From the NCBI GenBank assembly GCA_951406725.2, contig OX597819.1:85312001-85376000 (forward strand): DNA of 64,000 nucleotides, written 5' to 3'. The DNA is from Octopus vulgaris (taxonomy: Eukaryota). Positions 23,890-37,734 of the stretch are shown in pieces (position 1 is the first letter of the stretch; each line of letters starts with the position of its first letter). The notes below the pieces were generated by a model, which worked only from the letters and a program-made list of their open reading frames with translations, searched no databases and was not told the origin of the DNA. A program made the translations under genes and the position numbers.

Positions 23890-24829
23890 TTAGAAGAGAC
23901 GTTAGTCGTTGTAGAATTGTTTAGTGATATGTTTCCTGGTTTAAGAATGACTTGGAGCGAAACAAGACCAAAATCTCGGTTTCCGGTCGAACGTATTACA
24001 TTTGAAGTGCGTCGCTTATTTCCTTCCAGAAATCGTAGATGTAATTACTTCCTATCCCGCTTCACCTTAAAATATTGATTCTTGCCGCTAGTAAGAAGCC
24101 ACTATAAAAAGTATACTAAGCGGTTGTTGAACTAATGAGATCATTAATATAATATTCGTATTCTAAACAACTAAATTCACGACCAATTTCCTTTGTCGCT
24201 TGTGGGTGTAATCCATTAAAATAATTGCAGACAATCATTAATAGTTTATTGGGTCAAGTGGACGGGGCATAATCGAATGGTTAAGCTAATGCAGCAAGAC
24301 TATCCCGCCTAGTTAGAAGTCTCTGGGTCTAATTTCTCTAAAGTTACATTCTCTTTATTAAGGTGGAGTGCGATTTAAATGTTTTCACTGTTATTTCTGG
24401 AAGGTCAAGCAACCGGTGGCGGATGACTTTCTCTGACTAAATATAAGGTAGATATTGCTTACCTCTATGTTCACACATGCATATACACGCACACATACGG
24501 ACACATACACAGACACACGCAGACACACATGCACACACAGAGACGTATGTATCCATGTATGCATGAGTGTATGTATGTGCGTGTATATATGCACATATTT
24601 ATGTATGTATGTATTTTGCATGTGTGTACTTGTGCGTTATGCAGCACTACAGTATATATCAAGTGGTTTTTTTTCGCCAGTGCTGTATGTATTGGCTGGT
24701 GGAAAGTCCACTTTTATGATCACGAAGATATATTGCATGACATCGTATTTACGTCTGTTTATACATATAGTGTTACCAACAATCTATACATATTTTATAT
24801 CCTGCACTGTGGCAAAGAGCGTACTATCA

Positions 24830-25160
24830 CACATTGAAAGCCTCACTGAAAGCCTTCAACATCGTCCATGACACTTGGGAGCAGTCTGCTCTAAACAGAG
24901 AAGGTTGGCGATCAGCTGTCCACAAGGGTGCCAACACATGCGAAACCAATAGGATCGCTGCTGCAGAAGACCGCAGACAAGCCAGGAAGAACAGAGCTAA
25001 CAACCCTGTAGCAGGCACTACCATTCCCTGTTCACACTGTCAAAGACTCTTTCGGGTGCAGATTGGCCTCACTAGCCATCCACAAACTCACGAAACAAGC
25101 CCATCCCCCACCCCCAGGATGACTAGATGGTCTTCGTCGCATCGACGGACAAACTACACA
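24830..25160 (+). mobile_element. RTE-clade LINE 3' end
   Basis: KASLKAFNI..WEQSALNREGWRSAVHKG..CSHCQRLFRVQIGLTSH, a typical RTE/BovB C-terminus with a C2H2-like finger. Ends in (ACT)n. Confidence 0.85.
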
Positions 25161-25174
25161 CTACTACCACCAGA

Positions 25175-25228
<54 letters not shown>

Positions 25229-25600
25229 GTTGCAGATGCTGCTATCACTAATGGCTTCAAATTTTGGTATGAGTCCAGCAGTTTCAGGGATGGGGTTAGT
25301 CGATTATACTTGACTTCAATACTAGACTGATAATTTATTTTATCGACCCCGAGAGCCTGAAAGGCAGAGTTGACCGGCGTGAAAAGAAATTAGACCGTAA
25401 AGAGCCGAAACAAATGATGCTAAGCATTTTCTCCGACGCCTTAACAATTCTGCCAGCTCACCGTCTAAGTTCTTTCTATTTTTGAGACAAAGCTGAGAAT
25501 GTTGAAGGGAGAGAGCAAGTCAATTACATCGATCGCACTACTTGATTGGTACTTTGTTTTATCTATTTAGGTACCTCGTAATCAGGGACAAGCATATACA

Positions 25601-25843
25601 GGGCTGCGTGTTGTGTTCTTGAGCAAGACACTTTATTTCACTTTGCTCCAGTTCACTCAGCTGTAGAAATGAGTTGCGACGTCACTGGTGCCAAGCTGTA
25701 TCGGCCTTTCCCTTGGATAACACTGGTGGCGTGGAGAGGGGAGGCTGGTATGCATGGGCGACATCACTCGGACATGTGCCTGGGAGGGTAACTTTCTGGG
25801 TGCAATCCGATGGTCAGTCATGACCGAATCGAAGGGGGTCTCA
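25601..25843 (+). mobile_element. SINE family B (5'-truncated)
   Basis: Homologous to 28530-28850 and to the rc of 54025-54292. Confidence 0.8.
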
Positions 25844-28097
25844 GCAGCAGTAAGAAAGTGGAATGATTCAATCTAAAGAGTAATGATGTTCTAAAGTTCA
25901 AATGATGGTGTAATCAACTTGATAAAATAAATACCAGCATAATCATTCAATTGATTATACGCCTGTATTATAAATTTTGTGTTATTTTGCAGAGTGTAGA
26001 AAAACACTTTAAAGAGAAAAGATATTATCAATAACAATCTGTGTATCATACTTAAAGCAGATGCAACATGAAAAACCTAATTAACTGCGGTTTTCGTCCC
26101 GAGCTGGGATCTCTTACAGATTTACAGTGTCAAAAAACAAAGCTATACCTGTACCAGGCAAAAATCATCCTGCAGCAGTGGTAGTATTGCTAAATGCTAT
26201 TTTCTGCCTCCTTGGGCTTAGTCAGTAGCAAGTATCCACTGGCAACTGCACGCTAAGTAAAAATCTCCTGTTATTGATACAGAAAAACAGTGATTAACCC
26301 CACCACTGATGTTGCAATTATGTAACAATAACAAAGCATTATTCATATTTTATATCGTGTGGAGTAAAGCACCATGCAGTGAAATTTCACCGTCACATGA
26401 ACAAATTTCACCATCCTGAGTGGTTGTTTTTCCATGCTAATTCATAATGCTTACATTGCTTATAACTATGGAAAAGGTAGTAGGATCACATCAGCTGAAA
26501 CATATATTTTGGGCGTTGTATCAGTAATTAATATATGCAGAACTGAAGTGGTGCTCTCTAATATGCTAGGTTATTGTGTTGTTAAGATGACAATAAAATT
26601 TTCATTTTCCCTTAATGTATTGCGTCCAGATTCCGAGAGTCAGTTGGAAACTAGTCTCTCCTATATTATTCGAATGCATTAGGGATTGTGATGTAACATT
26701 TGCGATATAAATATGGTGAGATTCTTTAAATCAGGAATGACAAGGGTGCACGCATGACTATTTGGTCAAGAAAACCTCTCTACAAACATGTGATTTCAGG
26801 TTTGATCATACTGTGCTACGCATTGTGTAAGGCGCTTCCACAATAGCTTAGGATAGACTAATACCATATGTATGGGATTAGCTTGAAGCTTATTGAGGCT
26901 TTCTGTTTAATAGTATGAAAACTAAAAAGAAAGGATCTCTTGATTCTTATTCCAATGCGATGGTACTCGTGCATATGCATCGATAGAGTTAAGAAAAGAA
27001 AAGTAGCTGTTTGTTTTGATTATAAAAGCAGCATAACCTATCGCAGACTATCTTAACGAGATTATCTGTTAATGGAATGAAGCAAGAAAAGTTAACTTTA
27101 AAGCAAATTTAATAATTTACTCAACTAATCTATAACTAATATGAGAAGATTGTTAGAAAGACTTAAAAAATATTCCATAACGAACGGTTTAATGATTATC
27201 GTTTTACAGAAATATGAAAATGATGACAATGTTGCATCTATTCACAATTATACAGCATCAAGTGTAAGCTATGCATATTCATACGACAGGCTTCCCACCA
27301 GGATGAGTAAGCCAACTCGGGAATTGAACGATCGAGATAGCAGTTGTGGAACAAATATATGCCGGTCGATCAATGGTATATCGCGCCCAAGTATTATCCA
27401 CCAAGTTGTAAAGATCGGTTGCGTGGGCAATATATTGCAAGCAAGTAGAAAAGAATACAAAAAAAAATATAATAAAACGGCATGCGTTCATAGTGAGATA
27501 CTCAAGACAGGTCAAAAACATAAGGAGAGAAAGAAACACCATCCTAATAAGGAAATCGAACTTTCCTGAAACCTCCACGGAATAGAGAAAAACACAGCTG
27601 CTAGATATTCTAATCACAGTTATCTGCTGGTCCTCAGCAAAGCAACAGAAACTAAAGTGAAAATAAAAGGATGTGGTTTGAGAACCACTGATCGATTCAG
27701 GTTTGATGTATGGTTCTCAAAATTTCATATTGGACGTCATCGACTCCTCTCGGACAGATTGCCTGTATTTGTCTGTGATAAGTCTTCAAGTGACCAACTG
27801 AAAAGTTAAAATCTGTATAGGAACTCTTAATACACTTTTTTAAAAACCTAGATTTAAATACAATATTGCTAAGTCATATTAGCTGTAAAAAAAATCTACT
27901 GAAGATGAATATTTCAGACTTAATACAATGAAGGCTGGCGGAGTGTTTCTACTGCTGTATAATTTTAGTTCAACTCTCCGTAACTGAATGGAATAGTTCC
28001 TTTATGAGAAGTTTTGCATTGTAGGCAAACAAAAGTCATACTACATTATATTGTTTTAACATTTTAATGAATATAAAATGAAATTGCGTCCCGACGC

Positions 28098-28256
28098 AGA
28101 CGTGGCCGTGTTGTAAGAAGCTTGCTCTTCCCAACCGCATAACTCTGGGTTCAGTCCCATTGCGTGGAATCTTGGGCAAGTGTCTTCTACTATAGCCTCG
28201 GGAAGACCAAAGCCTTGCGATTGTATTTTGTAGACGGAAACTGAAAGTAGCCCATC
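28098..28256 (+). mobile_element. SINE family A
   Basis: A/B boxes and the shared body. Confidence 0.75.
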
Positions 28257-28262
28257 TATATA

Positions 28263-29832
28263 CACAGCCATGACAGAAGTAAAGAAACATAAACCATTGT
28301 TTTATGTTTATTCTAATTTGTAAAGGTTTATATTTTTCATTAATTGACATTTTCATGTTTCAGGTTCTATATGTGGCTGTTTAATCATGCCATGCACAAA
28401 AGAAGCCTTGAAACTGTCTGAATTTCAAAGAGGCCGTATTGTGGGTCATTCTGAAGGTAGACATAGTCAGTGTAAAATCGCAGAAAACCTTGAGATCCCG
28501 CTTTCTACAGTTAATAGAGTAATTGTATATGGCTCAGTGGTTAAAGCGTCATGCTTACGATGGTGAGTTTGTGAGTTCGATTCCTGGACCGGGCTGCGTG
28601 TTGTGTTCTTTAGTAAGACACTTTATTTTACGTTGCTCCAGTTAACTCAGCTGTAGAAATGAAATACATCACTGGTGCCAAACTGTATCGGCCTTTGTCT
28701 TTCCCTTGGATAATATCAGTGGTGTGAAGAGGGGAGGCCGGTATCCATGGGCGACTGCTGGCCTTCCACAAACAACCTTGCCCGGACTTGTGCCTCGGAG
28801 ATAACTTTCTAGGTGCAATCCCATGGTCATTCATGACCGCAGAGAGTCTTCTGTACAATTCACTAGAATGGAGAAGAGCCCACACAGCCTTATCCAGATC
28901 AACCAGGGTCCTATGACAGGACTCTTCTCTTTGTTAAGAGAAGTGTGGAGGATAATCCTCGTTGCAAGGCCTCTGACATAGCAGAACAAGTTGATGTCAG
29001 TCCAGAACAGCTGTCAAGTATCTTCACAAACATGGTTACTATGGCAGATCAGCAAAAAGGAGGCCACCGCTTCGACCAGCCAACATCAGACGGTGAAAAG
29101 ATTGGGCCAGTGAGATGGTGGAGAGGTTACTAGCATTTTGGGACACTGTCATATTCTCTGATGAGTCCAGATTGCTGCATTTCCCGACAGTGGTCAAATG
29201 TGGGTCTAGACACTCAGTGATCAAGAATTTGATGTGAAAAGAGTGCAGCCAACAACGAAACATGGCAATTATTCTGTGATGGTCGGGGGAGCAACTTGGA
29301 ACGATGGTTGATCAGAGCTGGTGGAATGTGAGAGAAACATAAACTAAAATAAATATGCGTCCATATTGTAGAAAGGATTCCTTCCAATCATCTCCAGTGG
29401 TGAAGTGATTAAAGAAGACTCTTTATGGAAAGTAAGGCTCCTAGTTATACGGTTAAAATGACACAAGATTTGCTGGATGAGAATGGCATTAAAAAGCTTC
29501 CATGGTCAAGCCAGTCATCAGATATGAACCCATGAACCCCATTGAACACCTTTGGAACATAATGGACAGGAAACTTCATAAAAAGAACAAGAAAGCATCT
29601 TCAAAACCAGATTACTACCTGAAACTTGGCGAGAAATTCCGCAAGAGAATATTCGTCATCTGATCAGTAACATGCTTAATAAGGTCCTTGCATTGAAAAA
29701 TGCAAAGGATATGTCTACTAAATATTAAATATTCACATTATAACAATTAATAAATAATTTGAATGTATGATTTCAGATTTAAATAAATTTTAATGATTAT
29801 AATAGTGTCTATTTACTTCTGTCATGTCTGTG
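28263..29832 (+). mobile_element. Tc1-like (DD34E) element, decayed, with a SINE insertion
   Basis: TIRs CACAGCCATGACAGAAGTAAA / TTTACTTCTGTCATGTCTGTG, TA-flanked. Motifs [26 protein letters not shown] and WSSQSSDMNP..IEHLW. Confidence 0.9.
28530..28850 (+). mobile_element. Full-length SINE family B inserted in the Tc1 ORF
   Basis: Box A tggctcagtgg and box B gttcgattcc. Flanks tgtata / tgtaca. Confidence 0.85.
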
Positions 29833-30059
29833 TATATGTAACCACCATACTTTATTTTTTATTTGTTTCAGTTATTAGATGGAGGCCATGCTGGGGCACC
29901 ACCTTGAAGTATTTTTAGACGAGTGAATTAACCCCAGTATTTATCTATGCTAAGTTACAGGGAAGTAAACACACCAACACAGGTTGACAACCAGTGGCCT
30001 CTGTCTAATAACTGAAACTATATAATTAGTGACATACATTTTCTCTGGTAGACCAAGGA

Positions 30060-31000
30060 TTAATTAATCACCCTGCTGTGTAAGAAAGTTGTAAAAAACA
30101 GGTTTTTTAAAGACATTGAAGCTTTATATGAATTTTCTAAAGCTTTGAAAATTATATTTCTAAAAATACTCAATGCAACGTTTGAGAACCACTGATAGAG
30201 TAATTTTTTTAATGTTCGTTTGTTTCTGTTTTCATATAAATGATTGCAATAATACATTTCTTTCAATTTGATAGGCTCGTTTTTTTTTTTTAGCATTGGA
30301 ACAATCTATTATCTTTATCATCATTTTTTTAAACTTTCACATCAGAATTTCAAATAAATGGCAACCACAAAAATATCGATATTTCCTTTTCTGATTTTTC
30401 TGAATATCTTACAAGGAGTTATTGAAAGACCGAGCATGATCGCCATCATGCTAATGTTTCACTAACCTTGATTTTTTCAATTTCATAATATATCAGTGAA
30501 TGTCTTCCCCTTCATATTATATGACACATGTTTCTGGAAAATAGTTACAATTCGAATATAGTGTGCACTTTGGTACTCATTCATATTACATCAAAGTTGA
30601 TGAAAGCTATCACTTACGTTTTTATACGAGCAGTGACAAAGAGCTTCTATATTTCCAAGAAAGTTTCAAACAGCAGACTGAAGTACTGGTTAAACTTCAA
30701 ACACAGGTCATCATACATCAATTTCCTTTCCTCATATTTGTACTCCAACAAAACTAGCATGCCAATATTGCTTCAGTAACTCTGCAAAGTTATTTGAATG
30801 TACCATTAATTAAAAGCCTCTACAAGTTTTTACCTTAGCTTCATGTGTCACTGTTTGACAGACGAGTCTTTCTTGGATACCAAAAGCAGGCAAAAATATT
30901 ATTTTTAGGTGTCAAGTCTTTCTGTAAACATGACATATGCTACCTCGAGTATGGTGGTATGCTGGAACATGTGTACTATTATTCTTACAGGTATGTAGTT
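30060..31000 (-). mobile_element. Possible hAT transposase remnant
   Basis: LYQWFSNVALSIF..FKALENSYKASMS weakly resembles the hAT dimerization domain (FPNV..AL.IF..FSKLK..K..LRSTMS). Confidence 0.35.
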
Positions 31001-32557
31001 TGTCATTGCTTTTAAATCTGGGGATAAAATCCTTTGTATTCATGATAATTAGTTTTGACAGGAATTCCAGAAATTATTCAAATATTTATAGCAAACACCT
31101 GATTTCGTGTTATTTAAGATTGTTCACTTAAGCAGTTATTAATTTGCTGTAAATGAGTTTTCCTCGAATCACTTATTTCCCATCTGTTATATTTAAACGT
31201 TGATGTTTCAAGAATTGTATTATACTCTTAAGATACTTATTAAAAATATTATGTGACAATAGGTTATTTATTTAAATAGCATGTTAAATATTCTGACTGT
31301 ATTATATCTATTTGTGATATCGGTTTCCAAGTTTGGCACAAAACCAGTATCTCCGGTGGGGATGGAAAAGTCGAATACACCGATTCCAGTGCTTAACTGG
31401 TATTTATTTTATCGATTTCGAAAGGATTAAAGACAGAGTCGATCTCAGCGGAACTGGAACTCAGAAGGCAAAGATGGAAGAATTCGTAACATGGGTTAAA
31501 AAAACCAAACAAACAAAAACAAAGGCAGCGGGCTGGCAGAATCTTTTGTACACAGGCAAACTGCTTAGCAGCATTTCAACTATCTTTATGTTCTGAGTTC
31601 AAATTCCACCGAGGTCGACGTTACTTTTTATCCTGTAAAGACCGATGACATGCCGATAAGAATTTTGCCCAGTGCAGTAACGATTCTTCCAGTTCATCCC
31701 ATTCATATCAATTTGTAATATTAGTTTCAACTTTTGGCAGAAGGCCAGCAATTTTGTGGGGAGGGTAAATCGATTACATCAACCCCAGTACTGAACTGGT
31801 ACTTATTTTACCGACTCCGAAAGAGATTAAAGGCAAAGTCGGTTTCGCCAGAATTTGAACTCAGAAAGTTAAAACGGGCGAAATGCCGCTAAGCAATTTG
31901 CCCGACACGGTAACAATTCTGCCAGTTCACCTTCTTCACATCAAATTTGTAATATTACCTCAAAGTCTGATACACAAATTTGCAAGTATTACGTATTGCT
32001 GTAAGAAGGCTCACTTAATATAAATGTACACACACTTATAAGCATGTATTAAGAGATATTACCACGCTTAATATATACTTATAAGTATATATTAAGAGAT
32101 ATCACCACGCTTGAAGTTCAAAAACAAAATAGGTTGAAAGTTTCTTCCACTTGACTTACACGCTTTCTTTTGTTGCGTGCGCACACATATACACTGACAC
32201 ATACATGTGTGTGTATATTTGTGTGTGTTTGTGTGTGTGTGTGTGTGTGTATGTGTGTGTGTGCACGTGTGTGCACGCATGCGCATATATATATATATAC
32301 ATATATATATAAACACACATGGAAGTTCAAATGACTCGACGGCGGCAATAGCAGCACCAGCCCAGGCGAGAATGGTTGAAGAATGGGATCATAAGCTTAG
32401 GTGATGCAAATAAAGGTTAGCATGAAGTGAAGTAGGTAGGGAATGAGAATGGTTATTGAAATTTTTATTCTTCTACCATTTGATATTGTCTTTGCTGTTG
32501 CTGCTGTTGTTGTTGAGCAACAAGACGACTAAGGGTGATTAGGTGATGGTCTAGGGC

Positions 32558-32692
32558 TTAGGGGCGGGAGACCCCAGACCGTGATCGTCTTGTTGTAGTC
32601 GAGGACTCTTCGTTAACGCCCGACACCACTGGAAGCTGTCCCTCGAAGTCGCTGGAAATGGAAATCTCCAGGTCCATATTCTTGAACGGCTG
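32558..32692 (-). CDS. Candidate terminal coding exon of an unidentified host gene
   Basis: Non-repetitive GC-richer island. Acceptor ..ttctactattctacag| opens a 44-codon frame QPFKNMDLEISISSDFEGQLPVVSGVNEESSTTTRRSRSGVSRP* with many G/C-ending codons. Confidence 0.5.
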   Translation of the reverse strand, partial: QPFKNMDLEISISSDFEGQLPVVSGVNEESSTTTRRSRSGVSRP

Positions 32693-32895
32693 CTGTAGAA
32701 TAGTAGAATATATTAGGGGAGACTGTTTCTCTGCTGAGCAGTGGGACAAGTTAATGAAATGATTAAAATAAAGTTTGAGGAACGTGTGAAGTATGTGTAT
32801 GTATGTGTGTGCATACATACATACATACATACATACATACACACATACATGCATACGTACGTACATACATAACATACACACACACACACACATAT

Positions 32896-32931
<36 letters not shown>

Positions 32932-32933
<2 letters not shown>

Positions 32934-33220
32934 AGGCGCAATGGCCCAATGGTTAGGGAAGCGGACTCGCGGTCGTAGGATCGCGGTTTCGATTCCCACA
33001 CCGGGCATTGTGAGTGTTTATTGAGGGAAAACACCTAAAGCTCCACGAGCCTCCGGCAGGGGATGGTGGCGATCCCTGTTGTACTCTTTCGCCGCAAATT
33101 TCTCTCACTCTTTCTTCTGTTGGCCTGCTCACTTAGCCAGTGGGGTGGCGTTATTTGAAGGCTAAAACATTGTGACCAGCGATGTGTAGCAACATCTAAT
33201 AGCCTGCTCGGTCACGTGAT

Positions 33221-33228
<8 letters not shown>
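32932..33228 (+). mobile_element. SINE family C
   Basis: ggaggcgcaatggcccaatggttaggg..ggtttcgattccc (A/B boxes). Second copy at 34953. Confidence 0.85.
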
Positions 33229-33258
<30 letters not shown>

Positions 33259-33808
33259 GGCACAATGGCCCAGTGGTTAGAATATATACGCCGTAGAATC
33301 CGGAAAACTGACTTTATTAGCCTTTGGTTTGAGAAGAACCATTGATTCTTTTCATACATGCGTATTTCATAATTAGTTTAGTATATTTTAGATTAAAAAA
33401 GAACTTTGTTTAACTTAATTTTAAAAAATAAAAGAAGTATTAAAAAAACCGCATTATTTATAGGATGACCCAATAGTATATATAAAAAGTATATATAAAA
33501 GAGAAAGTATGAGCGGCGACAATTAAAGAAAATAATGTTACAAAATAAATATTTATATTTATGTATTTGTAATTTGTTATTAAACATTGAAAAAATGATT
33601 TCGTTTTATATGCAAAGTTATTGTTGAATTCAATTGTTTTCATAAAATTTTATCAAATAGAAGGACAATCAAAAAATATGAAATGCTATCTGTTGCCAAT
33701 ATATCTTTTTTCTCTTTTATTCTGTTTATGCAGATATGCATACGCAAACGCATAGACATACGTACACAAAAACACACACATGTAGGGAAGAGAAGAAAGA
33801 GAAAGAAC

Positions 33809-33839
<31 letters not shown>

Positions 33840-34056
33840 TGAGAGAGGGAGGGGAGAAAACGAACGAGATCGATATATGAATTAATCGAGAGAAAGAGAA
33901 AGCGAAAGAAAGAGAGAGAGAGAGAGAACTTAAAATATAAATAAAAAGATATGTTTATACACTTTTCCGTTTCTTTGACAGAAATGAAAGAAAGCTTCTG
34001 AATTTAACAACTTTACACGGAACATGACATTTGTTTTGCTATATTTGCATGTATAT

Positions 34057-34218
34057 AGGTGCAGGCGTGGCTGTATGGTAAGGAGTTTGGTTCTCAACGA
34101 CATGGTTCCGGGTTTAGTTCCACTGCATGACACTTTGGGACAGGTGTCTTCTACTATAACATCCTCCCGACCAAAGCCCTGCGAGTGGATTTGGTAGACA
34201 GAAACTGAAATAAGCCCG

Positions 34219-34220
<2 letters not shown>
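34057..34220 (+). mobile_element. SINE family A
   Basis: Shared head and body, followed by (TA)n. Confidence 0.75.
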
Positions 34221-34261
<41 letters not shown>

Positions 34262-34265
<4 letters not shown>

Positions 34266-35905
34266 GTGGGGAAGAAAGCTTGGAAAATAATAGAGAGTTC
34301 TCTAAATTGTTTATTTTACAACAACCAGCAGCCTTACATTGATATAATTTTAATACAAGTTTATAGGAGCATTACGAAACAACTTATTCACTATGTCTGC
34401 CTTCGTTGTCCATTACAGTTTTCCCACGCCGCCTGAAAGCGTTACAACTCTTCATGATAAAGTACTCAGACATGCTGACTCACTCTTCCCTCCCCAGGAC
34501 TTGCTTAATATGATCAACACTTATATGCCAAGTTCTGTTGTTAGAATGCTCCAGTTTTCCCCATACGGCATAGTTTAGGGGGTTCAAGTCTGGGGCTGGA
34601 GGAAGGCCAGAAGTTGGCAGGACAAAAGTCGGCGAAGTTGTCTCTACAGAATTTCTGCACTGTCTTAGCCGTTTGAGCAGGAGCACCATCTTGGGTCCAC
34701 ATACAATTACCGTTGGGGTAGTTAGACTTCAGCCAAGGCAAAACTTTCTACCGCAGTACTTTATAATATACTTTAGCCTCCAATTTTTCTTCAGACTTGA
34801 AACAATGGACAGGAATATTTTTCCTTCAGATGCAACGACTCCGAGTACCATGACTTTAGCTGGGTGCATGGTCCTAAAGACGCCCTTCACTTCAGAAGGT
34901 AACTTGGCAATGTATCGATCATTGCGACAGTTTAAAATAGCATCAACGGTTTTGGAGGCGCAATGGCCCAATGGTTAGGGTAGCGGACTCGCGGTTTCGA
35001 TTCCCAGACCGGGCGTTGTGTGTGTTTATTGAGCGAAAACACCTAAAGCTCCACGAGGCTCCGGCAGGAGGTGGTGGCGACCCCTGTTGTACTCTTTCGC
35101 TCCAACTTTCTCTCACTCATTCTTCCAGTTTCTTGTCCCCGACTTCCTACGCAACCGCTGAGCCTGGATGCACATTAATCCATCCGACGATGGTCTCGGT
35201 GTCGGGGGTTGACTTGCTTTCTCTTCTGCGGGTCTTACGAATAGCAAAGGACCACGTTTCGGACTTCTCCCACTAATGGGACGAAGACCGCTTCGATCAA
35301 CAAACAAACAAACAAAGCATCATCTGAAAAAATTTTGACAGTTTGTCCATTGTGCTTCAGGTATCACAACACCTTTTGGCCCTTTCATGCCTTCTGACTT
35401 TCATTGCATGGGTCAGTAGGGGTCTCGGGGTCCTCACGTATTACCCCAACTGTTAATCAGTGTGTACAGTATTTCTGATGTTTTTTGGATTAACTTTCAT
35501 GTCCGTGGACAGTTTCCTCATGGATATTGTTGGGTCTTTCGAAATTTTAGCTTAGTGAGATTTGAGAAATGCATTATCTTCTTCATTATTTATGCCTCCA
35601 CTTCCTTGCTTTCTCTTGAGCCTCCCACATCCAGCATTCAGTTCTTAACGTTGTACACAATGCTCACAGAATCCTCGACAGTCTCAGCAATACGTCTAAT
35701 TGCAACCCCGGTACGAAGCAAATCTGCAATGCGTTGTCTCTTGGCTTCTTGAGTGGACATGCTAGACTGTATGACTGGAACATCTGCTTAAATTAACTCT
35801 ATATACCTCCGTCCTGAAATAGAAAACAATATTTTAGTATTTACGCTCACGAATATATATAAAATAAGGCTTCCAAAATATTCTAAGTTTTGCTTCCCCA
35901 CCCTT
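34262..35905 (-). mobile_element. Tc1/mariner DD37D (maT-type) element, decayed, interrupted by a SINE
   Basis: TIR-like GTGGGGAAGAAAAGCTT / AAGTTTTGCTTCCCCAC. N-terminus MSTQEAKRQRIADLL. KIFSD, then QDGAPA..WPSSSPDLNPL(N)YAVW with 37 residues between the 2nd and 3rd catalytic positions. Confidence 0.85.
34953..35315 (+). mobile_element. SINE family C inserted in the maT element
   Basis: tRNA-like head and (CAAA)n tail. agcatca occurs near both junctions. Confidence 0.8.
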
Positions 35906-36249
35906 ATATAATTTCCTATAATTTAACACCAGGAAAATGTGTCATGGCCAGTTGGAAACGGTGTTTCTTGAAGCTAAATAGCAGTAGCATTCTTCCCTTT
36001 CATGGGACAGTCACATTAAGTTGATAACATATCATCACCTTATCGTGCCGCTACAGTATAAATCTCTCTGAGAGATTTAGAAAGGTAATATTTCTATTTT
36101 CGAAATCAGTGAATGTATTTCACTTGAAATATATGCTTTCAAAGGTGAATAAGCATCGACAGCTACCAAGCCACTTTTCTTGCTGGTTTTTGAAGAACTC
36201 TAGCTGAATTTTTTGTGCGAAACCACCATTGTTGGGTGGAAGTGAATAA

Positions 36250-37690
36250 TTGAGAAAAACGAGAAGTTATGCAGAAGCTACTGGCGGCCGAGTTCCCCTA
36301 GACCGAAGTGTGCTGAAACAGGAGATGGTACTGAGATGTAGAGCTGATAGAGAAATATAGAATTATGGTAGAGAAGGAAGGGTCAAATATAAAACTGACC
36401 CTACCAGAGGAGGATAAAGTGAAAATGGAAAAGAAGACGGTCATATTTAGAATATTTTCAAATATAAACAGAAGTGAAAACGCGCCGCAGGAAGAAAGAG
36501 GAGACATTTCGGAAAGACATATAGGAGACAGCATGGTGTTCTTTACGAGACGAAAGAGATACGAATCTTTGTATCAGAAGAGGAGGCAGAAGAAATCTCC
36601 AACAGGATGATACAAGGAGACAAATGGACATTGATGCCAAACTGTTTGGATAAAAGAATTGTCAGAATTAGGGTGGGAAGAATCCCACCGTGGATAGATC
36701 CAGAGTGGATAATAGCGGCGATTTTTTATTCGGAGATAAGGAAGGAAAGCGAAGACGTGAAGATGGGCATGATAAGCCGAACCCAATAAGTGAAGTAGTG
36801 GGGTTACGGATTAGAGATAATTTGTGCAGTGAGCCCAAAATATTACAACAAAATACCCAAAACTTTGGAGCTACCAAGTGAAGAAAAGCTGGAGATAATG
36901 TTGAAGGGGAAACCCCCTAAAGTGTTATAAATGTGGTGAAAGAGGGCACTTGCGAAAGAAATGCCATAGAGCAGCGGTGAAAATCGTAGAGGAGAGTATT
37001 CAGGAGAATATAATCGTAGAGAGACAGCAGAAACAGATAACAGAACAAGGTGGGAATTTTGCGGAGGTGAAAGCAAGAAAAAGAGAGAGAAGGAAATCAC
37101 AAACGATAGTGGAACTGAAGAAGTACAAAGCGATGGAAGAGGTAATCCAACCTACGACGAGAAGCGGGGAAGATTTACCAGTGGGATCACCAGTAAAGGA
37201 CTTACAAGTACATAAACTTTCAGACCCACAGACATTCAAACACACAGACATACAAACTCACAGGAATGTAGACGATCAGAAACAAGATAACTCAGAATTA
37301 CAAAAAGCTAAAAACATAGACAAACAGACGAAACACGCAGAATTACTGTCAAACGAACACACAGACATACAAATACACAAGCACACAAACACAGATACAA
37401 TCACAGGAAAGCCAAGAATTACAGAAATACAGAGAAAAAAGCACAAACACGCAAGACACAAACAGAAGTAAGGTTTATAATGCAATATAGGACACCTCAA
37501 AGTAAAAAGAATTTCAAAATTGAAAGACATTATGAAAGAGTGAAGCCATTGGGGCCAGAGGTGGATGTTAAACCTCGCGCCTCACTGGTGAATTACGTGG
37601 ATGAAAAGAAGAAGATGAAGTGGTGAAAGACTGAGAAAAACATTTGGTTAAACTTTTTTTTTTCTTTAAAAGGAAAATAAGTATAGCCTG
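36250..37690 (+). mobile_element. Degraded ORF1/gag-like element (Tx1/L1-type) with no adjacent ORF2
   Basis: RIRVGRIPP (RRM-like) and the CX2CX4HX4C knuckle KCYKCGERGHLRKKC at about 36919-36963. ORF ends ..PLGPEVDVKP..KW* at 37626. Confidence 0.65.
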
Positions 37691-37734
37691 TAACTAATTT
37701 TTGTATTACCCGCAAGGGGCTAAATATAGATGGG

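Noticed and set aside
27141-27650. 142-aa ORF
   Set aside because: No clear domain. At most a faint resemblance to a decayed R4 C-terminus, too weak to call.
28530-28590. tRNA-like sequences (also at 32932, 34057 and 34953)
   Set aside because: Only A/B-box heads of SINEs. There is no complete cloverleaf and each continues into a shared SINE body.
32032-32112. Tandem duplication of about 44 bp (similar small ones at 21592-21638 and 44930-45060)
   Set aside because: Ordinary local slippage duplications with no further structure.
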